Below are positions 46,384 to 57,715 of a stretch of 64,000 nucleotides of DNA, in pieces. The translations under genes and the position numbers were made by a program. The stretch's first letter is position 1. The number at the start of each line of letters is the position of its first letter. The notes under the pieces are model-generated. The model had not been told where the DNA came from, searched no databases, and saw nothing but the letters and a program-made list of their open reading frames with translations. The DNA is from an uncultured Oscillospiraceae bacterium (lineage in GTDB: Bacteria > Bacillota > Clostridia > Oscillospirales > Oscillospiraceae), in contig CAJOIC010000003.1 in the NCBI GenBank assembly GCA_905234625.1, positions 24,180 through 88,179 of the forward strand, written 5' to 3'.

Positions 46384-47271
46384 TTACAGGATGAGACCGT
46401 ATCGGACGAGGCACTCCGCCAGGTCCGCGCGGTTCGCGCCGCTCATGGGTACCAGGGGCAGGCGCATGTCCGGGGAACACCGCCCAAGCAGCCCCATAGC
46501 AGTCTTCACCGGGATGGGGTTCACCTCCCGGAACATCATGCCGAAAAGCTCCATGTAGCGGCGGTTCAGGGTCGAGGCGGCATCGTAATTTCCTGCCTCG
46601 CAGAGCTGGCAGAGCCGGGAGACCACGTCCGGCACCAGGTTCGATGCCACGGAGATGACGCCCCTGGCGCCCAGGGCCATCATGGCCACAGTGTCGCTGT
46701 CGTTTCCGGACCAGAAGTGCATCCGGTCGCCGCAGAGGGACATAGTGCGGGCGAAGGCGCCGATGTCGCCGGAGGCCTCCTTGACGCCGTTTATGTTGGG
46801 GTGATCTGCCAGGATGGCGTAGGTCTCCGGGGCGATGCCGACGCCGGTGCGGGAGGGGACGTTATACAGGATGACAGGCAGGGGAGAGCGGTCCGCCGTG
46901 TACGTGAAGTGCTCCACAAGGCCTGCCTGGGTCGTTTTATTATAGTAGGGCGTGACCATGAGGACGCCGTCTGCGCCCGCGTCCGCCGCGGCCCGGGCCA
47001 TGTAGGCGGCGTGTTTTGTGTTGTTGGAGCCGATGCCGGCGATGATCTTCATCCGCCCCGCGCTGCGCTCCGCAGCCCGGCGGTAGAGGGCCGCCTGCTC
47101 CGAGGGAGTCATAGTGGCCGCCTCTCCTGTTGTGCCGCATACCACCAGGGCGGATACGCCGCCGGCGTACTGCAGCTCAATGAGCCGGGAAAATGTTTCG
47201 AGATCCAGACCGCCGTCACGGAACGGCGTGACGATGGCCGTGCATGCACCGGTGAATAAGGGTGCTTTCAA
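46384..47271 (-). CDS. dapA: 4-hydroxy-tetrahydrodipicolinate synthase
   Basis: 295 aa. Has the typical TAIVTPF and GTTGE motifs and a DapA aldolase fold. Confidence 0.93.
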   Translation of the reverse strand: MKAPLFTGACTAIVTPFRDGGLDLETFSRLIELQYAGGVSALVVCGTTGEAATMTPSEQAALYRRAAERSAGRMKIIAGIGSNNTKHAAYMARAAADAGADGVLMVTPYYNKTTQAGLVEHFTYTADRSPLPVILYNVPSRTGVGIAPETYAILADHPNINGVKEASGDIGAFARTMSLCGDRMHFWSGNDSDTVAMMALGARGVISVASNLVPDVVSRLCQLCEAGNYDAASTLNRRYMELFGMMFREVNPIPVKTAMGLLGRCSPDMRLPLVPMSGANRADLAECLVRYGLIL

Positions 47272-47347
47272 AAATGATTCCTCCTAAAGAAAAAGATACC
47301 GCGGACGATCATCTGTCCACGGTATCTTTGGCTTGATGGTTCGGAGG

Positions 47348-48433
47348 TCAGCGGTCGAAATAGCCCTCGGCCTTCAGAAGCTCCGCCAGCAGCACGGCGC
47401 CGCCGGCAGCGCCACGCAGGGTGTTGTGGCTCAGGCAGACGAACTTGTAGTCGTACTGCGTATCCTCACGCAGACGGCCGATGTTCACGCCCATGCCGCC
47501 CTCGCGCATGCGGTCGAGCCTGGTCTGGGGGCGGTTGTCCTCCTCAAAGTACTGGAGGAACTGCTTCGGCGCGGAGGGGAGCTCCAGCTCCTGAGGACGG
47601 CCCTTGAAGGAAGCCCAGCGGTCCAGGATCTCCTCCTTGGTGGGCTTCTTCGCGAAGCTGGCGAACACAGCGGCCATATGTCCGTTGGAGCAGGGAACGC
47701 GCAGGCACTGCGCGGTGATGGCGGGGGAAGAGGCGGTCTTGATGACGCCGTCCTCCACCTTGCCCCAGAGCTTGAGAGGCTCCTGCTCGGACTTCTCCTC
47801 CTCGCCGCCGATGTAGGGAATGACGTTGTCGATCATCTCCGGCCAGCTCTCGAAGGTCTTGCCCGCGCCGGAGATCGCCTGATACGTGCAGACCAGGACC
47901 TTCTCCAGACCGAACTCGTCCTTCAGGGGATGGAGGGCCGGGACATAGCTCTGCAGGCTGCAGTTGGATTTCACGGCGATGAAGCCGCGCTTCGTGCCGA
48001 GGCGCTTGCGCTGAGCGGCGATGACGTCCAGGTGCTCGGGATTGATCTCGGGCACCACCATGGGCACGTCCGGTGTCCAGCGGTGGGCGCTGTTGTTGGA
48101 GACCACGGGGCACTCCAGCTTGGCGTAGGCCTCCTCGAAGGCCACGATCTCTTCCTTTTTCATGTCCACGGCGGAGAAGACGAAATCCACCTCTCCTGCG
48201 ATGGCCTGCATATCACCGACGGCGTCCTTCACGATGATGGATTTGGCCTTCTCGGGCATTGGCACATCGATGGCCCAGCGGCTGCCGATGGCCTCCTCGT
48301 AAGTCTTTCCGGCGCTGCGGGCGCTGGCGGCGATGACCGTCAGATCGAACCAGGGGTGTTCGGCAAGAAGGGACACGAAACGCTGTCCCACCATCCCGGT
48401 GCCGCCGATCACGCCGACTTTGAGCTTATTCAT
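47348..48433 (-). CDS. asd: aspartate-semialdehyde dehydrogenase
   Basis: Starts MNKLKVGVIGGTGMVGQRF. Active-site region is SNCSLQS. GGAGGTC precedes the ATG at 48433. Confidence 0.92.
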   Translation of the reverse strand: MNKLKVGVIGGTGMVGQRFVSLLAEHPWFDLTVIAASARSAGKTYEEAIGSRWAIDVPMPEKAKSIIVKDAVGDMQAIAGEVDFVFSAVDMKKEEIVAFEEAYAKLECPVVSNNSAHRWTPDVPMVVPEINPEHLDVIAAQRKRLGTKRGFIAVKSNCSLQSYVPALHPLKDEFGLEKVLVCTYQAISGAGKTFESWPEMIDNVIPYIGGEEEKSEQEPLKLWGKVEDGVIKTASSPAITAQCLRVPCSNGHMAAVFASFAKKPTKEEILDRWASFKGRPQELELPSAPKQFLQYFEEDNRPQTRLDRMREGGMGVNIGRLREDTQYDYKFVCLSHNTLRGAAGGAVLLAELLKAEGYFDR

Positions 48434-48613
48434 GGTATTGACCTCCTGATACATTGTATGACGCCGGACCTCCGGTGTGAAGAGCAGCGTACACATGGAT
48501 TTGACATTCGCGCTTGTTTAATTTATAGTATTGTAGAATTATGTGAAGTATAGCACATCCGCGTGTTCACGGTCAATCATTAGAATTCACTATGATTCAA
48601 ATTAGGGGATAAG

Positions 48614-50821
48614 ATGGTTTTGTTACATAAGCTGAAAAAAACAGCGTTTTTCCGCCGATTTTTGGCGATCTGTCTTCTGCTGGCGGTCACGGCCATTTTG
48701 CCGTCGGCGGAAGCGGATGCCGTTTCCGTGAGCGATTTTACGGATATATCCTCCGGCGCGTGGTACTATGACGCCGTGTCCTACGTGGTCTCCCGGGGGC
48801 TCTTCAACGGTACAACTACGAACACCTTCACGCCCAAGGGCACCATGACCCGCGGTATGTTCATCACGGTCCTGGGGCGCTACGCTGGGGTGGATCCTTC
48901 CGCCTGGTGCGCGGGGACCGTCACCGGCTCCGGGGTCAATATGCGCAGCGGTCCCGGCACGTCCTATTCCGTGGTGACGAGTCTCAGCCGCAATACCGCC
49001 GTCACCCTGACGGGGGAGTCCGGCAACTGGTATAAGGTCAGATACGGCGGTCTGTCTGGCTATATCTCCAAGGATTACTGCAAGCCGGCGTACCATCGGT
49101 TTTCCGACGTGGATTACAGCGCGTACTACGCGGGATATGTCATCTGGGGCTATGAAAAGGGCATCGTTGACGGCATGTCTTCCACGGTCTTCGCCCCGGG
49201 GAGCGACGTGACCCGGGAGCAGATCTGCAAGCTTTTGAACGGCTACGCCTCCTATGCGGGCATCACCCTGGCGTCCAACGGGACGTCCGTGACCTTCACG
49301 GACCAGAGCTCCATCAGCTCCTGGGCGTCGGCCGGCGTCGCCGCCATGCAGAGGGCCGGCGTCGTGGTGGGGGAGTCGGACGGCTCCGGCTACCGCTTCC
49401 GCCCCCGAAGCAGCGCCACCCGGGCGGAGGCTGCCACCATCTTCCAGCGATTCGCCAACGCCGGATCCGGCGGGCATCCGGAGGTCCAGCCAACGGCTGC
49501 GCCCTCCGCCACCCCGGCGCCTGCCCAGGAGCCTTCGTCCCAGCCGCAGCCCACGCCCACGGCCAGCACGGACCAGTCCATCAGCCCAGCGACCATCGAG
49601 GACAGCGCGGTCTCCGTCAGGGCTCGCACGATCCGTGTCGGCATCCTGACCAACACCCAGAGTTACAAATATGCCGTGCAGAGCGTGACCTTCGAGAACC
49701 TGACCGGCTCCGGCTTCCAGTACGGCTCCTTCGCCGGTGACCGCAGCTTCCAATATGAGGGGGAGCTTTCCGCTTCCACCGTCGTCGTCACCACGGACGG
49801 CGGCACCTTCACGGTGAAGGACAGCGGCGGGAACGTGCTCCTGACCTATGGCGGGAGCCTGGCTCTCCGGGCCAACAGCGATGGGACATCCGTCACCAGA
49901 GTGAACGGTGAGTACCGCTATCGCGGCGCCTTCGAGCTTCGTCAGGCGTACAACGCCTCGGGGTATATCTCGGTCATCAACTATGTTGACGTGGAGGATT
50001 ACGTGAAGGGCGTCATCCCGTATGAGTACGGCAATACCTGGCCCGCGGAGGCTCTGAAGGCCGCCGCTGTCTGTGCCAGGACGTATGTCATGGTGGCGGA
50101 CTGGAGCGCCTATTCCTCCTACGGCTTCGATATCATGGGAAACGCCAACTCCCAGACCTACCGCGGCCGGGCCATCACCTACAGCGAGAGCTATTTTTCC
50201 GGTACGGACGCTGCGGCGGACGCCACGGCGGGACAGTACCTGACGTATAACGGCGATCTGTGTGTGACGGTCTATTCCTCCAGCGACGGCGGCGCCACCG
50301 AGGACTACGCCCATATCTGGGGCGGCAGCGGATACCCCTATCTCATCGGCAAGGTGGACCCCTATGAGCAGGCGGCCTCGGGATACGCGTCGAACTACAC
50401 CTATTCCATTACCAACAGCCGAACGGGCTCCGCCATGAACTCTCTGGCCAGCCGCGCCGGGCTCGGCAATACGAGCATCGCGCAGAACGGCATCCGCATC
50501 GAGACCTATCCCGCTACGGGGAATGTCAAGAGCATCACCCTCACCGGGACCAACGGCGCGACCGTCACCATCGACCAGAACACAGGCTTCGGACGCTGGG
50601 ATTTTCTCTCCGCCTTCGGCTTCACGGCGTACAGCTATCGCTTTACCGTGACGTATGACGCCGCCTCCGACTCCTTCACCTGTACCCGTCTGGGATGGGG
50701 CCATAACATCGGCCTGAGCCAGTGGGGGGCCTACGCCATGGCGGGGACCTACGGCAAGAGCTACCAGGAGATCCTGGGGTTCTACTATGACGGAACACAT
50801 ATACGATACGGAGCATACTGA
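48614..50821 (+). CDS. SLH-domain and SH3b-domain cell-wall protein with a C-terminal SpoIID/LytB domain
   Basis: Signal peptide. Three SLH-like repeats ([43 protein letters not shown]), with an SH3b insert ([11 protein letters not shown]...WYKV) after the first. Pro/Thr/Ser linker. SpoIID-type C-terminal region. Confidence 0.85.
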   Translation: MVLLHKLKKTAFFRRFLAICLLLAVTAILPSAEADAVSVSDFTDISSGAWYYDAVSYVVSRGLFNGTTTNTFTPKGTMTRGMFITVLGRYAGVDPSAWCAGTVTGSGVNMRSGPGTSYSVVTSLSRNTAVTLTGESGNWYKVRYGGLSGYISKDYCKPAYHRFSDVDYSAYYAGYVIWGYEKGIVDGMSSTVFAPGSDVTREQICKLLNGYASYAGITLASNGTSVTFTDQSSISSWASAGVAAMQRAGVVVGESDGSGYRFRPRSSATRAEAATIFQRFANAGSGGHPEVQPTAAPSATPAPAQEPSSQPQPTPTASTDQSISPATIEDSAVSVRARTIRVGILTNTQSYKYAVQSVTFENLTGSGFQYGSFAGDRSFQYEGELSASTVVVTTDGGTFTVKDSGGNVLLTYGGSLALRANSDGTSVTRVNGEYRYRGAFELRQAYNASGYISVINYVDVEDYVKGVIPYEYGNTWPAEALKAAAVCARTYVMVADWSAYSSYGFDIMGNANSQTYRGRAITYSESYFSGTDAAADATAGQYLTYNGDLCVTVYSSSDGGATEDYAHIWGGSGYPYLIGKVDPYEQAASGYASNYTYSITNSRTGSAMNSLASRAGLGNTSIAQNGIRIETYPATGNVKSITLTGTNGATVTIDQNTGFGRWDFLSAFGFTAYSYRFTVTYDAASDSFTCTRLGWGHNIGLSQWGAYAMAGTYGKSYQEILGFYYDGTHIRYGAY

Positions 50822-50823
50822 CC

Positions 50824-53014
<2,191 letters not shown>

Positions 53015-53056
53015 GACAATTTATAATAACTGCGATAATTTTTGGAGGTACTTCGC

Positions 53057-53455
53057 ATGAAACTCAACAGAATCTTCCGAGCGACGGCTCTTGTGCTCTC
53101 TGCTCTTCTGATGGTCTTCCTGTTTGCGGGCTGCGCGACGGCGGACGCCTCGGCGTCTGCCGACGGTACGGCTGCCGGCGGCGGATACAGCATGATCATC
53201 ATGATCGTCGTCATGGTCGTCATCTTCTACTTCTTCCTGATCCGTCCGGAAAACAAGAAGAAAAAGCAGGCTGAGGAGATGCGCAGCTCTCTGGCGGTGG
53301 GCGACCAGATCACCACCATCGGCGGCATGATCGGCCGCATCGTCATGGTCAAGAGCGAGTCCATCGTCTTCGAGACCAGCGAGGACCGGGTCCGCATCGA
53401 GATCGCCAAGTGGGCCATCTCCAGCAAGGGCAAGCAGACCGAGGAGCAGAAGTGA
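53057..53455 (+). CDS. yajC: preprotein translocase subunit YajC (with N-terminal lipoprotein-like extension)
   Basis: YajC core is IIMIVVMVVIFYFFLIRPENKKKKQAEEM...VGDQITTIGGMIGRIV. GGAGG lies 8 nt upstream of the ATG at 53057. Confidence 0.85.
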   Translation: MKLNRIFRATALVLSALLMVFLFAGCATADASASADGTAAGGGYSMIIMIVVMVVIFYFFLIRPENKKKKQAEEMRSSLAVGDQITTIGGMIGRIVMVKSESIVFETSEDRVRIEIAKWAISSKGKQTEEQK

Positions 53456-53480
53456 TCCCGTAAAACCTGTCCGCATATTT

Positions 53481-53533
53481 CGATCCCTCCGGGAATAGGC
53501 ATAGAACAGCCAAATTCTCGGAGGGATCGTTTT
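53481..53533 (+). terminator. yajC terminator-like hairpin whose 3' arm contains the next gene's Shine-Dalgarno sequence
   Basis: Perfect 11-bp stem cgatccctccg / cggagggatcg with a 27-nt loop, then tttt, then ATG at 53534. Confidence 0.55.
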
Positions 53534-53959
53534 ATGTTTGGAAGGAAAAAGAGAGGGCTTTTGCCCTCGAGCATCATGGGGCTTGCGGCTGCGGTGATCC
53601 TGACGGCGCTCCTGTGCCTTGCCCTGACGCCGATCATTACCCGGGGTATCCTGCCGCCGGAGAGCGCGTCCTCCGCCGGGTGCGTCTCGGCGGGGCTTGC
53701 CGTGTTTGCCGCCGTCTACTATGTATCGAAGAGCCGCGGACGTCAGGCCATGCCCACCGCGGGCATCATCGCGGGAGGCTACCTTCTTTTGGCGGCGCTC
53801 GTATGCGCCCTCGGCGGCAGCGGCTTCGAATTCGGCGCCTGGCTCGGAAGGGACGCTGTCGCCGCAGGACTTGGCGCCTTCCTGGCTGCGGTTATGTCTA
53901 TCGGGAAAAAGCCGGTAAAGCGGAATAGGAGACGGCGGACTCTGGATTACAACATGTAA
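53534..53959 (+). CDS. small multi-pass membrane protein (TIGR04086-like)
   Basis: 141 aa with four predicted transmembrane helices and a basic tail KKPVKRNRRRR. The family assignment is from memory and is tentative. Confidence 0.6.
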   Translation: MFGRKKRGLLPSSIMGLAAAVILTALLCLALTPIITRGILPPESASSAGCVSAGLAVFAAVYYVSKSRGRQAMPTAGIIAGGYLLLAALVCALGGSGFEFGAWLGRDAVAAGLGAFLAAVMSIGKKPVKRNRRRRTLDYNM

Positions 53960-53960
53960 T
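53946..53960. promoter_or_regulatory. perfect 6-3-6 palindrome ATTACA-ACA-TGTAAT
   Basis: Read directly from the sequence. It overlaps the stop codon of the preceding membrane-protein gene. Confidence 0.3.
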
Positions 53961-54067
53961 AATAGAATAGTTACACAAAAAGTTACAAAAGATACAGAAT
54001 TTTCTGGACGGTGGTGGAAGTATAACCATGAATACCCGGATAATGCGGGTGGAAAGCATTGATAAAT

Positions 54068-54082
54068 GTTACAAAATGTAAC
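54068..54082. promoter_or_regulatory. perfect 6-3-6 palindrome GTTACA-AAA-TGTAAC upstream of xerD
   Basis: Read directly from the sequence. Additional GTTACA half-sites lie at 53970 and 53982, and ATTACA-TTTT-TGTAAA lies at 54129-54144. Confidence 0.3.
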
Positions 54083-54207
54083 TATTATGACAAATGAAGG
54101 TGACATAAACCTAGCAAAAGTAACAAAAATTACATTTTTGTAAATTTTTCTATTGATTACGCGGAGAAACCGTTGTATAGTGTAGTCACATCGATTATGT
54201 CAATCCT

Positions 54208-55122
54208 ATGAACCAGGAGCGTGCGACCGTGACGAATGCAGAATGCCTCGCGAAATACGAGAGATATCTGACGGACGAGAAAAAGACGTCCAAGAATACG
54301 CTGAGCTCTTACCTGCGGGATATCCGTCAGTTCGGAGAGTACCTCGACGCCGGCGCGGGAGAGGCGTACACCGAGGCGGATGAGGACGAGCTTTTTGCTT
54401 ACATCGAACATCTGCGTACCATCGGGAAATCCGTTGCCACGGTCTCGCGGAACATCGCCTCGCTGAAGAACTTCTACGGCTGGATGAAGCTCCAGGGCTT
54501 CGTCGATGAGATCCCCACCGGGCGTCTCGTGCCGGAGAAGGCGACCCATAAGCTGCCGGAGGTCCTGACGGCCCAGGAGGTGGAGCTGCTGCTGGAGCAG
54601 CCGGAGTGCACTGACCGCAAGGGCTACCGGGACAAGGCCATGCTGGAGCTTCTGTACGCTACGGGCATCCGGGTGACGGAGCTCATCAGCCTCGATGTGA
54701 CGGACGTGAATCTCTCCGCCGGCATCATCAACTGCCGCGGCAGGGACAAGATCCGCTCTATCCCGCTCTATCCGGCGGCGCTGAAGGCCCTTAAGGACTA
54801 TATCGACTTCATCCGTCCGGACATGATCGCGACGCCCGCGGAGCGCTCTCTGTTCGTAAATGTCAGCGGTGAGCGGATGAGCCGCCAGGGCTTCTGGAAG
54901 ATCGTGAAATCCTACCAGCAGAAGGCTGGGATCGAAAAAGACATCACCCCCCACACGCTGCGGCACAGCTTCGCTACGCACCTGCTGGAAAACGGCGCGG
55001 ATCTCCGCAGTATCCAGGAGATGCTTGGCCACGCGGACATCAGCTCCACGCAGATCTATTCCCAGCTTGTAAAAAAGCAGCTCAAGGACGTCTACAACAA
55101 GGCGCATCCGAGAGCTGTATGA
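54208..55122 (+). CDS. xerD: site-specific tyrosine recombinase XerD
   Basis: SAM-like N-terminal domain. Catalytic residues in context: ATGIRVTEL, HTLRHSFATHLL, LGHADISSTQIY. A GTG at 54229 with an upstream AGGAG is an alternative start. Confidence 0.85.
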   Translation: MNQERATVTNAECLAKYERYLTDEKKTSKNTLSSYLRDIRQFGEYLDAGAGEAYTEADEDELFAYIEHLRTIGKSVATVSRNIASLKNFYGWMKLQGFVDEIPTGRLVPEKATHKLPEVLTAQEVELLLEQPECTDRKGYRDKAMLELLYATGIRVTELISLDVTDVNLSAGIINCRGRDKIRSIPLYPAALKALKDYIDFIRPDMIATPAERSLFVNVSGERMSRQGFWKIVKSYQQKAGIEKDITPHTLRHSFATHLLENGADLRSIQEMLGHADISSTQIYSQLVKKQLKDVYNKAHPRAV

Positions 55123-55138
55123 CAAAAACCGTCTTTGG

Positions 55139-55176
55139 AAGGACGGCGCCCTGCGGGGCGCTGTCCTTTAAGTTTT
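55139..55176 (+). terminator. intrinsic terminator after xerD
   Basis: 13-bp stem aaggacggcgccc / gggcgctgtcctt with one G-U pair, followed by taagtttt. Confidence 0.75.
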
Positions 55177-55227
55177 GGCGGCGGTCATCATAGGGAAACT
55201 TTTATGCCCTCCATATTCCGATTGTAT

Positions 55228-55256
55228 TTGCATTTTTCGCAGTATGCTGTTATACT
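55228..55256 (+). promoter_or_regulatory. putative sigma-A promoter of the aminotransferase gene
   Basis: TTGCAT, 17 nt, TATACT, about 25 nt upstream of the ATG at 55283. Confidence 0.45.
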
Positions 55257-55282
55257 GCTTTGGAACATATGGAGGATGCATT

Positions 55283-56527
55283 ATGTTTACTATTTTCGAA
55301 AACAAAGAATCTCAGGTCCGATCCTACTGCCGCAAGTACCCCGTCGTGTTCGACAGGGCGAAGAATGCGGAGATGTTCTCGGAGGATGGCCATCGATACA
55401 TAGACTTCCTTGCGGTGGCCGGGTCCATGAACTACGGACATAACAACCCCGAGATCAAAAAGGCTGTCCTGGACTATCTCTCCGAGGATAGGATCATCAA
55501 CGCCCTGGATATGTACACCTCCGCGAAGGCGGAGTTCCTTCAGACCTTTGAGGAGGATATCCTGGCGCCGCGGGGCCTGGACTATAAGGTCATGTGCTGC
55601 GGTCCCACGGGGACGAACGCGGTGGAGGCTGCGCTGAAGCTCGCCCGCAAGAACAAGCAGCGAACCGGCGTCATCGCATTCTCCGGAGCCTTCCACGGCA
55701 TGTCCCTTGGCGCGCTGGCCATGACTACGGACCGGGTCAGCAGGGAGGGCGGCTTCGTTCCTCTGGAGAACGTGACCTTCGCCCCCTATGACGGCACCTT
55801 CGATTCCATCGCCTATCTGCGCTGGGTCCTGGAGGACGACCACTCCGGCGTGGACAAGCCCGCGGCCATCGTCCTGGAGACGGTCCAGGCCGAGGGCGGC
55901 ATCAATATCGCGAGTGTCGAGTGGCTCCGGGCCGTGCGGGAGATCTGCACGGAGAAGGATATCCTCATGATCGTGGACGATATCCAGGTGGGCAACGGCC
56001 GCACCGGTACGTTCTTCTCCTTTGAGAGAGCGGGCGTCGTGCCCGATATGGTCACCATGTCCAAGTCCATCAGCGGCTTCGGCATGCCCATGGCTCTGCT
56101 GCTGCTGAAGCCGGAGCTTGACATATTCCGTCCCGCGGAGCACAACGGCACCTTCCGCGGCAACCAGCTCTCCTTTGTGGGCGGTACCGCCGGCATCAAA
56201 TACTTCGTCGGCCATAAGCTGGACGAGGAGGTCCGCCGGAAGGAGAAGCTCGTCGGCGACTTCCTGCGCTCCCAGGTGGCGTCCATGGACGAGCGCCTTT
56301 CCGTCCGGGGCATCGGCATGCTATGGGGCGTGGATTTCGGCGCTGTGGACCCGAAGCTGGCGCTGGAGGCGGTGCACGCGGCCTTTGACCGGGGCCTTAT
56401 CTGCGAGGTTGCCGGACGTCAGGACGGTGTTCTGAAGCTCATGCCGCCGCTGACCATCGAGGACAGCGTTTTGGAGGAGGGGCTTTCCATCGTGAAGGAC
56501 TCCGTCGCTGCGGTCCTGGGAAAATAA
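55283..56527 (+). CDS. diaminobutyrate--2-oxoglutarate transaminase family protein (EctB/Dat-like, class III aminotransferase)
   Basis: Collinear with EctB as I remember it: VRSYCRKYPVVFDRAKNA, NYGHNNP, PRGLDYKV, GPTGTNAVEAA, ETVQAEGGIN, DDIQVGNGRTG, SKSISGFG, NGTFRG. Confidence 0.85.
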   Translation: MFTIFENKESQVRSYCRKYPVVFDRAKNAEMFSEDGHRYIDFLAVAGSMNYGHNNPEIKKAVLDYLSEDRIINALDMYTSAKAEFLQTFEEDILAPRGLDYKVMCCGPTGTNAVEAALKLARKNKQRTGVIAFSGAFHGMSLGALAMTTDRVSREGGFVPLENVTFAPYDGTFDSIAYLRWVLEDDHSGVDKPAAIVLETVQAEGGINIASVEWLRAVREICTEKDILMIVDDIQVGNGRTGTFFSFERAGVVPDMVTMSKSISGFGMPMALLLLKPELDIFRPAEHNGTFRGNQLSFVGGTAGIKYFVGHKLDEEVRRKEKLVGDFLRSQVASMDERLSVRGIGMLWGVDFGAVDPKLALEAVHAAFDRGLICEVAGRQDGVLKLMPPLTIEDSVLEEGLSIVKDSVAAVLGK

Positions 56528-56543
56528 ACAACAGCCGCCGCCC

Positions 56544-57572
56544 TCATTCGGGGCGGCGGTCGTGGTATTGGGTCTTCAGCGTCTCGGGCTGGGTGTTTTC
56601 CGGGGGCCTGGGACCGTTTTTTTTGCGGCTGCGGCGGCGGCGACGCTTGGGATTGGCCTGCTTTTCACGGAAGCCCTTCACCATGCTCTCATCGGCTTGG
56701 TAGAGCAGATGGTTCGCGTGCCAGGTGCCATCGTCCTCATGGCGGGTGCGGATGCGCAGGAGGAAATCCCCGTCGGTCTCGCAGGTAGCGAGGGACATAT
56801 ACCTGTGGTCGCCCTGGCTGAGCCACTTCGTCCGCTCCATGGGCTTGGCGCATACGGGGCATTTGATCACGGCTTCCTCCTCGGCCTGCCATAGAGCCTC
56901 CCGGGAGTAGTAGGTATCCGACACCGCGTGGAGCAGGGGCTGGGGACCCTGGTCGGCGGGGGAGGAGCCCCTGGGATGCCGGGTGAGGAGCTGCAGGGTC
57001 TCGCTGTATTGGGCGATACCGGACGTCATATCCATATGGGAGCAGACAAGGGCGGTGTTGTAGGCGTCGCCGAGAGCGTCGTGGGCCACTCGGGTCTGTT
57101 CGATGCCGAAGTGCTCCATGGCGGTCTCCAGGGATTTCTGGTTCTTGTCGCCGTCGGTTTGGCGGTTGTAGATGAGCTGGAGGTTGATCCACTGCCCCAG
57201 CCAGTCGATCTCCAGGTCGTGGATGATGAGGTTCTGCTCCATGATGCCCCGGTCGTCGTAGCCCCAGGTCATGAAGACGGGGGCCGGACCGCACCAGGCG
57301 ATGAACTTCTCCATGGCCTCCGTGAACGGCAGACCGTGGGACAGGCGGTCGTTGTCGAAGCCCGTGAGCTTTTTGACCTTATAGTGCATCTTCCGGAACC
57401 AGACGGGCTTCACGTCGCACTGGAACTCCTCGCCGGGAGTGAAGTCGTCATTCAGCTTCACGGCGCCTATCTGTATGATCTCGCCTCTCAGATGGATGGG
57501 AAGATGGTTGTAGACGGAGGATTTTGCGCTCATGGCCTGGTTCCATTCCAGGTCGATGACGATGTAAGACAT
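56544..57572 (-). CDS. DEDDh 3'-5' exonuclease domain protein with a C-terminal Cys-containing domain and a basic tail
   Basis: Exo I motif VIDLEWN and Exo III motif HDALGDAYNTA. C-terminal CPVCAKPM...ATCETDG. Tail is KRRRRRSRKKNGPRPP. AGGAG precedes the ATG at 57572. Confidence 0.8.
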   Translation of the reverse strand: MSYIVIDLEWNQAMSAKSSVYNHLPIHLRGEIIQIGAVKLNDDFTPGEEFQCDVKPVWFRKMHYKVKKLTGFDNDRLSHGLPFTEAMEKFIAWCGPAPVFMTWGYDDRGIMEQNLIIHDLEIDWLGQWINLQLIYNRQTDGDKNQKSLETAMEHFGIEQTRVAHDALGDAYNTALVCSHMDMTSGIAQYSETLQLLTRHPRGSSPADQGPQPLLHAVSDTYYSREALWQAEEEAVIKCPVCAKPMERTKWLSQGDHRYMSLATCETDGDFLLRIRTRHEDDGTWHANHLLYQADESMVKGFREKQANPKRRRRRSRKKNGPRPPENTQPETLKTQYHDRRPE

Positions 57573-57715
57573 GGCTGCTCCTATTCTTTCTAACAAGACT
57601 GACCATATCACTTTATCATATTTTTTCGTAAATAACAATATAATTGCTATCATCCTCTGTTTGTGATAAAATATTATGTAACTTAAACATGAAACGAGTA
57701 AGGAGTGTGCTCCGA

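Noticed and set aside
48434-48613. Looked for a lysine (L-box) riboswitch upstream of asd-dapA.
   Set aside because: There is no AGAGGCGC / GGGAGAG-type conserved core and no extended multi-helix structure. Only a plausible promoter (TTGACC-18-TATACT) and a ribosome-binding site are visible.
54060-54100. Possible dif (Xer) recombination site next to xerD, because TTATGACAAAT resembles the XerD arm TTATGTTAAAT.
   Set aside because: The would-be XerC arm (GTTACAAAATG) and the central region do not resemble known dif consensus sequences. In addition, dif is not expected beside xerD. The resemblance is probably chance in AT-rich DNA.
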